Virus record (IMG/VR): IMGVR_UViG_3300031652_000001
Source of the DNA: a virus
Strand: one strand, 5' to 3'
Length of the DNA stretch: 64,000 nt
How positions within the stretch are numbered: position 1 is the stretch's first letter; each line of letters opens with the position of its first letter. A program made the translations under genes and the position numbers. Shown piece after piece: positions 38,601-47,937 of this stretch. The notes under the pieces were generated by a model, which was not told the origin of the DNA, made no database searches, and saw nothing but the letters and a program-made list of their open reading frames with translations.

Positions 38601-39624
38601 CCCTCTTCTCAGCCTCTTTTCCAAGCTCACGAAGCATATCCATGAACTTCAGAGGATCTCCCTCTATCATCTGCTTGAAAAGGCTCTCAACATCATCACC
38701 GGCCTCCATCATTCCTTTGGCCATCTCACCGAATTCACCGCCCATCCCCCTGGCCATGTTGATGATATTTTTCCTCTCAGCCGCTAATGTTGAAAACGAC
38801 TGTGTTGCCAACTCCATCGCTTCAGCTGGATCAATACCAAGAGCCTGCTTGAATCCACCTCCCAACTGGACCAGCGATGTTGTGAGCTTATCCAATTTGT
38901 CTGGAGTTATCTCCTGACCAAAATCAGCGAGCTCCTTATTTAACACCTGCATTATATTGGGCCAAGACTGTATCGCCTCACGCCCCATATTGAACTCTCT
39001 ACCAACAGCAACAATCTTGTCCCCAAGACCTCCAATTGCTTCTTCCGTTAGACCATATGAATTTTTTAGACTGGCAGCGATGTTTGCCCACTGACGTCCT
39101 TCCAGACCAAAGACAGAAGTCACTTTGATCATGCCCTGCATCGTCTTGGTCAACCCTTGAGTCCCGAGCACCTTATCTAACTCAATACCCCTCTGCTCAA
39201 AAGCCAGCCAGTTCTGAGCAGCTTGATTCATATCTTCCCCCATCCCTTGAGCGATTCCACCAATCCTCTTTCTCGACCGGGTGAGGTCACCTTCTGTCTC
39301 TTTCATGCCAGCTGTCAACGCCGAGAATTCTTTGTTGAAACCAGCATACATCGAGGCATATGCCGAATCCAATTGAGGATCCATGGCCTTGTCTATCAAT
39401 GCACCAACAGCTGTGCTCATCATCCCAACTGATTTAGCACTAGAGGCCCCGAGCCTACGAAAACCACGGGTCATACTGGCCCCAACTCTTGGAACAGCAC
39501 TTCCTACCCGCTTCAGAGTTCCCCACAAATCAGTAAATGATGACGCAAGGTTGTCTACATTTTTTGTTGAATCATTGTCTTCTACCTCGAAGCCGACACC
39601 AAGACCATCAAAATTATTTGCCAT
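35623..39624 (-). CDS. Tape measure protein
   Basis: 1333 aa, helical; lies between chaperone and LysM/hub genes; C-terminal DGRKVGE motif. Confidence 0.85.
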   Translation of the reverse strand: MANNFDGLGVGFEVEDNDSTKNVDNLASSFTDLWGTLKRVGSAVPRVGASMTRGFRRLGASSAKSVGMMSTAVGALIDKAMDPQLDSAYASMYAGFNKEFSALTAGMKETEGDLTRSRKRIGGIAQGMGEDMNQAAQNWLAFEQRGIELDKVLGTQGLTKTMQGMIKVTSVFGLEGRQWANIAASLKNSYGLTEEAIGGLGDKIVAVGREFNMGREAIQSWPNIMQVLNKELADFGQEITPDKLDKLTTSLVQLGGGFKQALGIDPAEAMELATQSFSTLAAERKNIINMARGMGGEFGEMAKGMMEAGDDVESLFKQMIEGDPLKFMDMLRELGKEAEKRGGQTGIAFQRLNAVINNTLGPDVSFAVQGNWDQVSETMARIPQVLEGSRGTMRDIAKEHWKSSLTAGDAWEMMVNNMKAKVFKLSNKEIRNWQKNMRSGFKDSFATVKAFADDKGPLGELTRKLLAVQRVGFSAFLPSLGALGPMIGGITTEALPMLTALGSMGVRFSDLGKLAGVGGGAYLLFKTLTEGPDAVFDKFDQMKDSFVEIATTKIFTGKKNAGIRKFITDLNDDIENIGLFETFKKNILKVPWQDLWDKAWEKISDFSDFAGEKIKEIPWEKIARTAVEWFGKGVQAVGAGIWNAFFGGEDSKKEAGDVATGILSSAVTGAMNVLWEIAKGSAKGLWDSIFDPDSLKNTFENILKVSTGGFAALMILSKKFRRKMGSGLWSFMKKGFPKRGGKGPGSGIADVYGSGLACMMPGLGPDKDVMNRQMSPRVPQPPPENFRWGRRGIKPPPVPKLGRAGGNAYRKQLGAMRGLSTGVMIPKGMDDLEMVMGPAGAVPKGGLEAGKRKGFFGRVRGKAKRGGAKLKGGIKRGLGGAKSMLEGVGGFAGMMAMGGLFEGIQQLSERSENIAKISMSNILSEEEKYLLKTEESFLGVTNTVDGMFMGLPSMIGSALGISQDDVTGFYHHMVGSFEAGINNVVEFFKFFGRTVENVYDNISARAEGFIASAVHGFKTFKNDAVSVFYSVVEAIHKQFAGLSGKLMYPFEWLSFKLKGWMADIVETIFGKPGESSLITDTLKKVLGEDTVSGMQMMAKGMRKEQDKYLGDEKDFNTAYWKNEDKRQQRISDSYNEKRKEIARDQEQIDKEHDVFMKSVEERKRKTSSDVIAKDFNDTLDQMNQYADERAKEAQRNADKAMMARSNMAAEERRKNFKVIDGEEENKKKKKKKRRRKDEIEDTIRGKKEENKKASSVISNLERADMAMSSGEVSKILEENRKQIAQLTTAVAAATSAMADSNKRPIDVRVTSVMDGRKVGEGVERYNRKSAKGM

Positions 39625-39625
39625 G

Positions 39626-39985
39626 TCAAAGCTCCTCTGCTCCGAGACGTCGAAGTATCAACCAAACAAGACTGTTGAATCCAAGCTGCAAAAAAGCAAA
39701 ACCAACTGTCTCAGCAATTTGACCAAAGGTAATCATCTCTTTCACTATAGGATTACCGTTAAAACAGTACAAGAAAACACCAACCCAGAAACCAAGACAG
39801 GCATGACACCTAACAAGACGTCCAAAAAAACCAACCCTAAATTTGACTTCTTTACAGATTATTATCCGATAAAATGTTTTGTCATCAACACCGGAAATAA
39901 ACTTTCTGAACCAGTGAAAAATATGAAGATACGCAATTGAATGCGATATTGAGAACCCGACGCAAAGAATAAAAAAAATAGACAT
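39626..39985 (-). CDS. DUF1360-like membrane protein
   Basis: IFHWFR...FFGRLVRCHACLGFWVG with TM helices. Confidence 0.6.
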   Translation of the reverse strand: MSIFFILCVGFSISHSIAYLHIFHWFRKFISGVDDKTFYRIIICKEVKFRVGFFGRLVRCHACLGFWVGVFLYCFNGNPIVKEMITFGQIAETVGFAFLQLGFNSLVWLILRRLGAEEL

Positions 39986-40036
39986 TCAACAACCATCCTT
40001 ACAGTGTCTTACTCTTGGAAGCATCCACCGGCGCAT
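39986..40036 (-). CDS. 16-aa peptide MRRWMLPRVRHCKDGC
   Basis: AAGGAGGT SD 5 nt upstream; stop abuts the next ATG. Confidence 0.45.
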   Translation of the reverse strand: MRRWMLPRVRHCKDGC

Positions 40037-40095
40037 ATCGTACCTCCTTTCTCAAAAAACCCCATCTCCCAACCACCTCTTTCTACCCCGGACAT

Positions 40096-40278
40096 TTAAA
40101 ACAATCCAAAAGGATTGCGCTGTAACATCTTCTTTAAGAAATCTGCATGGTACTCAACAAGCCTGTATCTCCTAGACGATGGCATTCTATAGAGGTCCCC
40201 ATAATTCATACCACGTGAACTCATGAGGAAATTAATTTCATCCTCTAATCTTCCAACGTCTCCGAAGGGACGAAAAAA
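40096..40278 (-). CDS. -1 frameshift extension (gpT-like) of the tail assembly chaperone
   Basis: Slippery T TTT TTC at 40272-40278; -1 frame reads 60 aa including LEDEINFL...G.NYGDLYRMPSSRR. Confidence 0.75.
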   Translation of the reverse strand, partial: FFRPFGDVGRLEDEINFLMSSRGMNYGDLYRMPSSRRYRLVEYHADFLKKMLQRNPFGLF

Positions 40279-41057
40279 CTGAAGCCTGCCATTTCCAGCT
40301 CATTCTTGAAGACATGACCACAATTTTTGCACTCAGCTTCAACCGTCGTATCTATGCCACCCTCTTGCTCGACCATATAGTCACGGATCTCTTTACGATC
40401 CATCATGCCGAGACTTCTCAAATTATCGGATGTTGCAGGTTCACCATTTACCGTAACAACACGCATCATTAGAGCCGCAGTTGCCCTTTCCTTCGTAGTT
40501 GCATTTGACTCAAACTTCAACCTGGCCTCACCATTCATGTATTTCCACGTAATATGAGTACCTTTTTTAGAGGTATATTCGTGGACATCCTTCGTAGGAT
40601 TTTGCTTGCATTTCTTGACAGGAAAATCATTGAAAAGATCAAACCTTGCCGTCCAAGAATATGGCCTACCATTACCGGCATCACACTTCGGATATGGACA
40701 AGTGACCAACTGGCGATATTCTGTTCCAACAGAAATAATCCGAATATAGAACAAGCATGCCGTCAAATCACCGATAGCGAATTTTCTGACAAGCTTCGAA
40801 ATTCTTTTTGGGTCATCCATTACATTGCCTTCCTCATCGGATAGGCTCTCCGTGCAACCGGCAACCACATCAAGCATCCTTGCTGTGAACCCCATTTTGT
40901 CGTTTGCAATCACATCTTCCTCAGCACCTGAAATCTCTTTCAGTTTAATTTTATTTAGAAGATGTACTCCCCCTTTTGCATCCCTAATTAAAACCCCCGT
41001 TGGCAAAATAAATTCACCGCTCGGGACCTTCGGATCTTCCAACGTAGTAATAGTCAT
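40245..41057 (-). CDS. Tail assembly chaperone (T4 gp26-like)
   Basis: KEISGAEEDVI, GDL...L.YIR..S.G, two Cys pairs, FF near C-terminus. Confidence 0.75.
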   Translation of the reverse strand: MTITTLEDPKVPSGEFILPTGVLIRDAKGGVHLLNKIKLKEISGAEEDVIANDKMGFTARMLDVVAGCTESLSDEEGNVMDDPKRISKLVRKFAIGDLTACLFYIRIISVGTEYRQLVTCPYPKCDAGNGRPYSWTARFDLFNDFPVKKCKQNPTKDVHEYTSKKGTHITWKYMNGEARLKFESNATTKERATAALMMRVVTVNGEPATSDNLRSLGMMDRKEIRDYMVEQEGGIDTTVEAECKNCGHVFKNELEMAGFSFFVPSETLED

Positions 41058-41260
41058 TTCTTTTCTCCTGACTCTGTTTCCGTACCTTGTCCAGTGTCCC
41101 TAAGAAACGAACCAAGCACTTGACGTATGAGGTCCGTAACGGTCCGACCATCATATTCAGCAAGCATTTTTAGCTCTTTATAATGGCTCATTGGTATCCG
41201 AAGCTGAAGCCTCTTCATGTCATGTTCTGATGTTCCCTTGGGTGTCTCATCTGTGCCCAT
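41054..41260 (-). CDS. Ribbon-helix-helix (CopG-like) regulator
   Basis: KRLQLRIPMSHYKELKMLAEYDGRTVTDLIRQ; AGGAGG SD. Confidence 0.7.
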   Translation of the reverse strand: MGTDETPKGTSEHDMKRLQLRIPMSHYKELKMLAEYDGRTVTDLIRQVLGSFLRDTGQGTETESGEKK

Positions 41261-41344
41261 AATATGCCTCCTTTGTGCACAAGAACAGCTTAATGTACAC
41301 ATACTGAGCAATTCAACTTGTCGCATAGTAAAAAAACGTTTTTT

Positions 41345-41563
41345 TTACATCAACCCACGCAACAAACTGTTTTTATCCCTTTTTCTTTTCTTCTTTGGTG
41401 GTTTGAGTTTTCTCGAACCGATTCGCTCAGAAGCCTTTGACAAAACATCAATCGAAAGAGCCCTCGCTCGACGTCTTCTCACAACAGCAAACGGCTTCAC
41501 TATCGAAGGAACATCTGAAGAAGTAGTAAGCTCCGAAAGATATCCTCTTTTCCTTAGACTCAT
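41345..41563 (-). CDS. Small basic predicted internal head protein
   Basis: MSLRKRGYLSE leader; very Lys/Arg-rich. Confidence 0.55.
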   Translation of the reverse strand: MSLRKRGYLSELTTSSDVPSIVKPFAVVRRRRARALSIDVLSKASERIGSRKLKPPKKKRKRDKNSLLRGLM

Positions 41564-42243
41564 GACCCAAGCGCTCCCATTAGCTCAAATCTCGTATATG
41601 ACAATTCAAGCTCCTCAATACTCACAGCAGTCGTACTGGCATCAAATTCACCAGCAGCACGATACCTTATCGGAAGGCAATCAAACAGCATATATGCCCT
41701 TCCAGGGACCGCCAACATATTGAGGTCTGTTACCCCCTGACTCAATGTTGAAACGGCCGCAGAAGTCAATGCCGTAACTCCAGCAGCCGGTAAGAGCTGA
41801 ACCGCTCGCGCTTTGTCAATAAATGAACCATTCTCGATTATCTCCTTGATCCCTTCAACAGATAAACCAGACGAATGTAGCAACAACAGGTTTCGCCTTC
41901 TCGCTGGAGGTATAATACTTGCCGTCGTCGTAAGACCAAGAGAACTCTCATTCTTCCCTGCTATTGCACCGGCCATCCACTTCCAAAAATCAGCATTGAA
42001 CATACTGACACCTTTCGAAAGTGTGATGCTCGAAGTGGAAGCCTTTTTTAGTACCGTGTAAACATAATCACTAGTCCCCTCTGAAATGGTTTCTGTCTCA
42101 ACCGTCATCTCAGGTGGAGAAATATTTGAGAACCCTACAGTGGGCCAAAGAACAAATGGTGGGTTAAACGGGGGTTGCATATCCACATCAATAATGTGGA
42201 ACTCATGCGATAAAAGATCGTCCTGGATTTGAGTCCTTGCCAT
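41560..42243 (-). CDS. Second tail-tube-fold protein (gp19-like, baseplate-proximal)
   Basis: GFS.IS.PE..VE....EG, ITLSKGV, DFWKW, CLPIRY...FDA...SIEELEL. Confidence 0.8.
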   Translation of the reverse strand: MARTQIQDDLLSHEFHIIDVDMQPPFNPPFVLWPTVGFSNISPPEMTVETETISEGTSDYVYTVLKKASTSSITLSKGVSMFNADFWKWMAGAIAGKNESSLGLTTTASIIPPARRRNLLLLHSSGLSVEGIKEIIENGSFIDKARAVQLLPAAGVTALTSAAVSTLSQGVTDLNMLAVPGRAYMLFDCLPIRYRAAGEFDASTTAVSIEELELSYTRFELMGALGS

Positions 42244-42262
42244 GCATCATAACCAATGACAA

Positions 42263-42760
42263 CTAGGCCGTTGGGGAATCAACCTCAATCTCTTCGACCG
42301 CAACCGTAATCTCTTGAAGGTTCACATCGGCTGATGCCGCATCGAGATCCCCAAGTGGCTTGACAGACGTCGGTACGCACTCCCTCCAAGTTTGAGCCTT
42401 GACATGCTGATCATCAGGAGATGTACCATCACCTTCTTGGTTGTACACCCTTATCTCAAGATCTGTACGAAACGGCTGTTTGTTCCGATACCTTTCGATC
42501 CAGTTGTAGAAAGTCGAGTCCCCAAGAAGGATACCCCGAGACAGTGTACCATCGCCATATTCGACAGATCCCAGAAACTTTTTGGTCGTCTTCTCAGACC
42601 CCGTCCGATGAGTCGCCATCTCAGACGTTATTTCAGGCGTAGTCACTGTTGTGAACCCTGCAATTGGATTCTCATCCGCAAAGATTCCAGGACCACTAGC
42701 ATCCTCAAAAACACGAAACCTAAAGCTCTGAATCTGATCTTCTGATGTTGTCCGTGCCAT
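42263..42760 (-). CDS. Major tail tube protein (gp19-like)
   Basis: FRFRV...AGFTTV..PE, TLSRG, FYNW, P...K.LGDLDA...V...EI. Confidence 0.85.
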   Translation of the reverse strand: MARTTSEDQIQSFRFRVFEDASGPGIFADENPIAGFTTVTTPEITSEMATHRTGSEKTTKKFLGSVEYGDGTLSRGILLGDSTFYNWIERYRNKQPFRTDLEIRVYNQEGDGTSPDDQHVKAQTWRECVPTSVKPLGDLDAASADVNLQEITVAVEEIEVDSPTA

Positions 42761-42772
42761 ACCTATGTCCTC

Positions 42773-43621
42773 CTACGTATCCAAGTGACTAATTAAGCCA
42801 CTTACTTTTTGGGCCATCGGATGGTTTTCGTAATAACTTTCAACCAGGCCCATTCTTACCATTTCAGCCGGACCAATTATTTTCAACTTCAGGTCCGAAT
42901 ACTTCCTTGCAAATGCCAATATTCTACTAACCGTCCTGTCATCCAACCAACCCTTCACCTCATGGTACTCAATACCTTTTCCAGTAACAACACTGAAATC
43001 TGGAGTGTAACTATATCCATCCAAAATGAATTTATGTGGCTCGTACTCCCACTCAAATCCATTATCGTCCAAATACTTGGCATACGACAATTCCCATTGA
43101 CTCTTGAACACCAACTCTCTGCCACAACAATCAGTCCATGGTTTCGTCTTATATCTTCCCCAGCCTGTTCGAGAAGGAACACCAAACTCCTTCAAACACT
43201 CATGAACTGTCGTCACAGAAATATCACACCCTTTGGCCAGCGTTCTCAGTGAAATACCATCTGCATACGACATCGCTACTTCAAGACGCTTCTCTTCCGA
43301 AAGTTTATACTGATGAATTGGCCTTCGATTGATACCATTACGACAAAGAACTTTTAGAACTGTCGACTTGACGACTCCAGTATGTTCAGCAACTTCACGA
43401 GTACATAACCCTGACTCATAAAGTCCTATCATCTCCCGTTCTTCATCTTCCGATATGTCCACATTACGATTACAAAGTGTCACACCATGTCGTCTCAACA
43501 CATTACGAATCGTAGTATCAGAAACCCCATACTGATGAACAAGATCACAAGTTGGTACACCAGACTGGTACTGGTCAACTATCTTGCGCTCTCGCTCATC
43601 TGTAAAGGATCTCTTGGTCAC
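42773..43621 (-). mobile_element. Free-standing endonuclease: three HTH repeats plus PD-(D/E)xK nuclease
   Basis: FKSQWE...WEYEP..F...YTPDF...EVKG; sits between sheath and tube genes. Confidence 0.75.
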
Positions 43622-43648
43622 TTTTAAACCTTTGTAAGTTGTTGAAAT

Positions 43649-45799
43649 CTAATTAGTTTTTTGTTGAAAGCGAAGCCTGACGAATTCTGCCGGTTTTCCA
43701 GGCGCCAAATAATAGTCGATGGTAACGAAACCAGCATCCTGTTCTTCGGTCGTATTATTGCTCTCATCACAGATGACAACATACGCCTCATCAGGAGTCT
43801 TGCCCTTGAAATAATTATCCCTAAACAGTCTCAACAGAAAGCCTTCTCCCTGCTTTTTCATCCTGCTCCATAGACCAGGTCCGTTGTTCTCAAAAGGAAC
43901 CCAGAAGCTTGCATTGTAAAGCGACTGCTCGCAGAACATAAACAGCCGCCTGGCGTTGACATTGAGCCACTCAGCATCTTTACTGAGCGTCCTACCACCC
44001 CATACCGCAAGACCCGTTTGAACAGATGAAGCAATAGGATTGATTCGGACAGGATAAAGAATATCTCTCTCTCCCTTGTCGAGTACGCGCTCAACATCTT
44101 CGATCCCGTTGATCTTACCATCTGTCAAACCAGCTGGCGTTTTACCGACGTTTCTGGTGATGTCCGTCCGAGCATATACTCCGGCAATGAACCCATCAGG
44201 AGGAACCGTTACCGTCCGACCATCGTCGGAAATCGGGTCATATATTTTGACCCACGGGTAATACAATGCCGAAAATGATGTATTGTACTTCGCCGTAATT
44301 GTAACGAATTTCTTTGCGTCCGTCGGAGTGGTACCTATCGGAGTTGTACAAATGACGAACCTGTTCTTCGGATTTGAACTCTCGGCATACGAAATCAAAT
44401 CGTTGGTAACCGTCGTGTTACCAGCAAAATCAGGCATCGAGATATTCAATATTTCATCCAATATCTCAAACGAATACAAACCAAGCTTGCTGGCCTGCAA
44501 AGCTGGAGCAGTAACATCACCCCTGGAAAGAGGTCCTGTACCATCAATACCACCAGCCAACTGAGCACACACTTCTTCAGATGTAGCCGCCTTGTAGTAG
44601 CTCGAAATGATCGGTACTCCACCTGTTGGTGCAACCGAATATGTGATTGACCATGCTCCAGTAGTATATTCAATTGTCGCAGAAGTGACCCCAGTTCCAG
44701 ACAGAGTACCATCGCCATTGTCCGTCGCTGTAATTGCACCAGCAACAATTTCCATTGTTCCAGACTGTACTGCCGGATTCCTGAGCGTACCACTGAAAGT
44801 AACCAGAGCACCATCTCCATCAGCAAGCCATTCGGCAAGATTATAGGTAGACATCAACGCCCTTGGAATCCCATAATCCGTACCGGCCGTAAACTGCGCA
44901 TGCTCAGTATTGTCGTTAACAACATCCTCGATGAAATAATCCGACGTGTCATCATCAAGAACAACAGCAGTATAGGTCTCTAGGGTTTCCCAGTCACCTT
45001 CGCCGAGTGCGGACTCTGCCTCAATTACAACATCGAACCTCGTGTAACCACCATTATCATCTTCGTAATCGATATTCCCAGCAATACAAACCCTGACCAG
45101 ATTGTACCAAGCACCCTTCCACCTGGCATCAACCGTCCAGTCCGATGCTGCCTTACCTGTATAGGTATATGTTTCAGCAGCAGAAACCGGAAGGCCAAGG
45201 ACCGTCGGTGTCGCATCAGTTGATGCAGCCTCTTCTATCTTTATGGAAGAGGAAGAACCTGTTGTCGCACTGACAATTTTAATCCTGTCAGTATCAACAG
45301 TGCACGTACCCTCAGCTCCAATTGCCGTCGAAATGGCATTCTGAATCTCTGTTGGAGTTGTTGCCGCTGGAGTCGACCCAACACAATCAATTTCATGTTT
45401 CGTTCCACCATCGATAGTGATTGCAATGTAGCTGTTTGTGGAAAGATCCACAGTAGCCGCAAGCGTTTTGCCAATGAACTCAGCCGCCGTAGCTGCATCA
45501 TCCAGACTGGCCGCATTCGTAGACTTCGTGGCATCCGAAGGCGTCACCCGAGTGATGTACGCTCGAGCACCTTGATTCTGGAAAAAACCAGCCATCATGT
45601 ATGGAATGTAACTGTTCCTCCAGTAGCTCCCAAAGATGCTCACGAACCTGGCAAAACTCGTGATCAACTGTGGAACATTCTCCGGCCCTTTCTGGAGCCA
45701 TCCCACCGTTGCATAAGTTGAAGTCGATACGCTTTGAACAGGGCCAGCTGAAGCCTTTCGTTCACTCAAGAACAATCCAGGACTAAGATATTCAGCCAT
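43649..45799 (-). CDS. Tail sheath protein (gp18)
   Basis: YLSPGLFLSE, ALYYPW, PPDGFIAGVYARTD, WGGRTL, NARRL, FENN, PAEFV. Confidence 0.95.
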   Translation of the reverse strand: MAEYLSPGLFLSERKASAGPVQSVSTSTYATVGWLQKGPENVPQLITSFARFVSIFGSYWRNSYIPYMMAGFFQNQGARAYITRVTPSDATKSTNAASLDDAATAAEFIGKTLAATVDLSTNSYIAITIDGGTKHEIDCVGSTPAATTPTEIQNAISTAIGAEGTCTVDTDRIKIVSATTGSSSSIKIEEAASTDATPTVLGLPVSAAETYTYTGKAASDWTVDARWKGAWYNLVRVCIAGNIDYEDDNGGYTRFDVVIEAESALGEGDWETLETYTAVVLDDDTSDYFIEDVVNDNTEHAQFTAGTDYGIPRALMSTYNLAEWLADGDGALVTFSGTLRNPAVQSGTMEIVAGAITATDNGDGTLSGTGVTSATIEYTTGAWSITYSVAPTGGVPIISSYYKAATSEEVCAQLAGGIDGTGPLSRGDVTAPALQASKLGLYSFEILDEILNISMPDFAGNTTVTNDLISYAESSNPKNRFVICTTPIGTTPTDAKKFVTITAKYNTSFSALYYPWVKIYDPISDDGRTVTVPPDGFIAGVYARTDITRNVGKTPAGLTDGKINGIEDVERVLDKGERDILYPVRINPIASSVQTGLAVWGGRTLSKDAEWLNVNARRLFMFCEQSLYNASFWVPFENNGPGLWSRMKKQGEGFLLRLFRDNYFKGKTPDEAYVVICDESNNTTEEQDAGFVTIDYYLAPGKPAEFVRLRFQQKTN

Positions 45800-45841
45800 G
45801 TTCTTCCTCCTTCAAAATACAGGCTATCTTTGCCTGAATGT

Positions 45842-46279
45842 TCATTTTTTCTTACCCTTTTTCTTCGAAGCTCTTTTGCTCTCGCGACCTTTATCGTCAT
45901 CGTCGAGATTGTTATCTCTCAACTCCTCTTCTGATTCCACCATTTCTGAGGAAGAAGTCAAAGAATCGTCATCTTTTTCGTTATTAACAATCACTGGATC
46001 ATTACTCACTTCAATCACCGAAACATTAACTGGTGATTCATCAACAACAACAGACTCAATCTTCTCCTCCAATACTGGCTCAACAGAATTCTCCTCGACA
46101 ATCCTTTTTACGAGAACAATCCGTTTTGCCCTCCTTTCCCTCTTGACACTTGGGCATTCAGCTTCCTTGGGAGTACACCTAAAATACCCTTTGGCAGCAA
46201 CAGAAATACTGTTGCCATCAGGTAGTTCAATCGGGAGTGGGCCATTGATTTTACTTCGAAACAACAATGTCTCTTTCAT
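45842..46279 (-). CDS. Hypothetical protein with acidic/basic tail
   Basis: GAGG SD; immediately upstream of the sheath gene. Confidence 0.5.
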   Translation of the reverse strand: MKETLLFRSKINGPLPIELPDGNSISVAAKGYFRCTPKEAECPSVKRERRAKRIVLVKRIVEENSVEPVLEEKIESVVVDESPVNVSVIEVSNDPVIVNNEKDDDSLTSSSEMVESEEELRDNNLDDDDKGRESKRASKKKGKKK

Positions 46280-46287
46280 ATCCTACC

Positions 46288-47034
46288 TCACTCTTCCGGC
46301 AATTGAGACATCTGACGAACATTAGTGTTCGGTGGAGATGTCACCGTTTTCTGTGTAGTTGCCATACGGACATCCAGTTCTCCCTGTACCCGCAATGACA
46401 ATGCATAAATTATTGTCCTATCCCGTATATCAGAAACAGAACTCAGCCCAGATGGACCTTCGGTGTGAACCCAATACCCTCTTGTCCTCCCCTCAGTATC
46501 AAGAACATAAACCTTCCCTTCCGGCCAAAACTTGCTCATACAATGCTTCAACATCGTATGGGCATGTGTCTTTGCACCCTTACCACCCGCCTCAACATAA
46601 ATCGTGTATGACAAGTCAGTAGGAGTACCCTCTTCCTGTTCCTCATAGGCTGTGTATCCAGTTTTCTCTCTATTGCCGTACTGAATGGTAAGCTCCTGAG
46701 CACCATCAGCAGGAGCCCTATATTTCACAACATGAGAATGCCTTCTCTCCAAAGCTGGACTCGGATCTTCCCTTGTTATGCGGATACCAGGTATCAAATA
46801 CCTCAAAATATCCGCTGGCTCATTCATCGATGCTGGAATACCAGGCATCTTCTGACCCTTCAAAGAAGGGTCAGCTGTGAATTCCGTAAAAAGAGGAGGA
46901 ACAACACCAGGTAATAAAGAAGTCGGAATATAATATCTTGTTCCAAATACGACACCGTCAAGCGTCTTCATTACGCCAGTATCAAAATCTCTCAAAAAGA
47001 CATCACCAATACGGCTGTTCCTTATTCTACTCAT
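46288..47034 (-). CDS. Tail terminator/completion protein (gp15-like)
   Basis: Position; PGIRITR.D....ER, P.DLSY.I pattern. Confidence 0.5.
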   Translation of the reverse strand: MSRIRNSRIGDVFLRDFDTGVMKTLDGVVFGTRYYIPTSLLPGVVPPLFTEFTADPSLKGQKMPGIPASMNEPADILRYLIPGIRITREDPSPALERRHSHVVKYRAPADGAQELTIQYGNREKTGYTAYEEQEEGTPTDLSYTIYVEAGGKGAKTHAHTMLKHCMSKFWPEGKVYVLDTEGRTRGYWVHTEGPSGLSSVSDIRDRTIIYALSLRVQGELDVRMATTQKTVTSPPNTNVRQMSQLPEE

Positions 47035-47038
47035 ACCA

Positions 47039-47872
47039 CTATCCGTTCATCATAACTTTCTTCTGAAATTTTCCAGCCTTTTTCTTGAAATCATCAGGAG
47101 ACATCGTCTCAATAGAAGAGTCGATACCCCTTTTATGCTCTCTGAATAACCAATCTCCGAGAGCTTTCTTTATCTTCTCATCTCCCTCTACAATCTTCCA
47201 TAGATTTTTCTGAACCCATTTTATTGCTGGTCTCCAATGAGGATGAGGATCGGCATTTATTCCAAACTCCGACCTCAACGCCAACGACATATAATCAGGA
47301 AGACTTTCCAAACCATCTGGTGATTTTTCAGGATCTTCAATTTTCCCAAAAGAGATACCAAGAGAACGAAATTCACCCCTGTTTTTAGAAATGAAACTTG
47401 ATGCCTGTTTTTCAGCCCACGAAACTTCATCATCAGTAACAATTTGATGAACCAAGGTTACACCATTTCTCGGTATACCATTGGGAAGCATATACACTGG
47501 CCACGGATTCGACATGCTTAAAAGATCAATAATAGGATCAGGTTTGGCTCCAGATGCCTGCTCAATATAAACAACCGTTCTTTTCCTTGATCTTTCGTCC
47601 GAAACAATCTCTCCAATCGTTTCAGAAACATCCGATGACACAACAGCAAAAGCCACAATTCTCTTCATAGTTATCAACCTAACAACTTTAAGAGATTTCA
47701 AATAGACACTGTATTCTTCATCGGAAGGCGCCAACTCCTTCAACTTTTCAACAAAAGCATTCGCAATATCTTCCCCTATCCTGACCCTTACAAACCTGAG
47801 CCTGTCTGGATAGCTCTTCAGAATGGAAAGAATTTGACGCCATGGACCGGTTGTCTTCATCTTGATCATCAC
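47039..47872 (-). CDS. Tail completion/neck protein (HK97 gp10-like C-terminal motif)
   Basis: EFG....PHPHWRPAI. Confidence 0.5.
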   Translation of the reverse strand: MMIKMKTTGPWRQILSILKSYPDRLRFVRVRIGEDIANAFVEKLKELAPSDEEYSVYLKSLKVVRLITMKRIVAFAVVSSDVSETIGEIVSDERSRKRTVVYIEQASGAKPDPIIDLLSMSNPWPVYMLPNGIPRNGVTLVHQIVTDDEVSWAEKQASSFISKNRGEFRSLGISFGKIEDPEKSPDGLESLPDYMSLALRSEFGINADPHPHWRPAIKWVQKNLWKIVEGDEKIKKALGDWLFREHKRGIDSSIETMSPDDFKKKAGKFQKKVMMNG

Positions 47873-47937
47873 TTCATCCCAAAAATCCTCATGTAACCAA
47901 TATTTGATTTCATCAATTCACTTGAAAAACACATTTG

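Noticed and set aside
42773-43621. Group I intron around the endonuclease gene
   Set aside because: Flanking genes are complete and the spacers (12 and 27 bp) are too short for a ribozyme core
18062-45799. Bacterial eCIS or tailocin locus
   Set aside because: Portal, protease, capsid and neck genes are contiguous with the tail genes, so this is a phage
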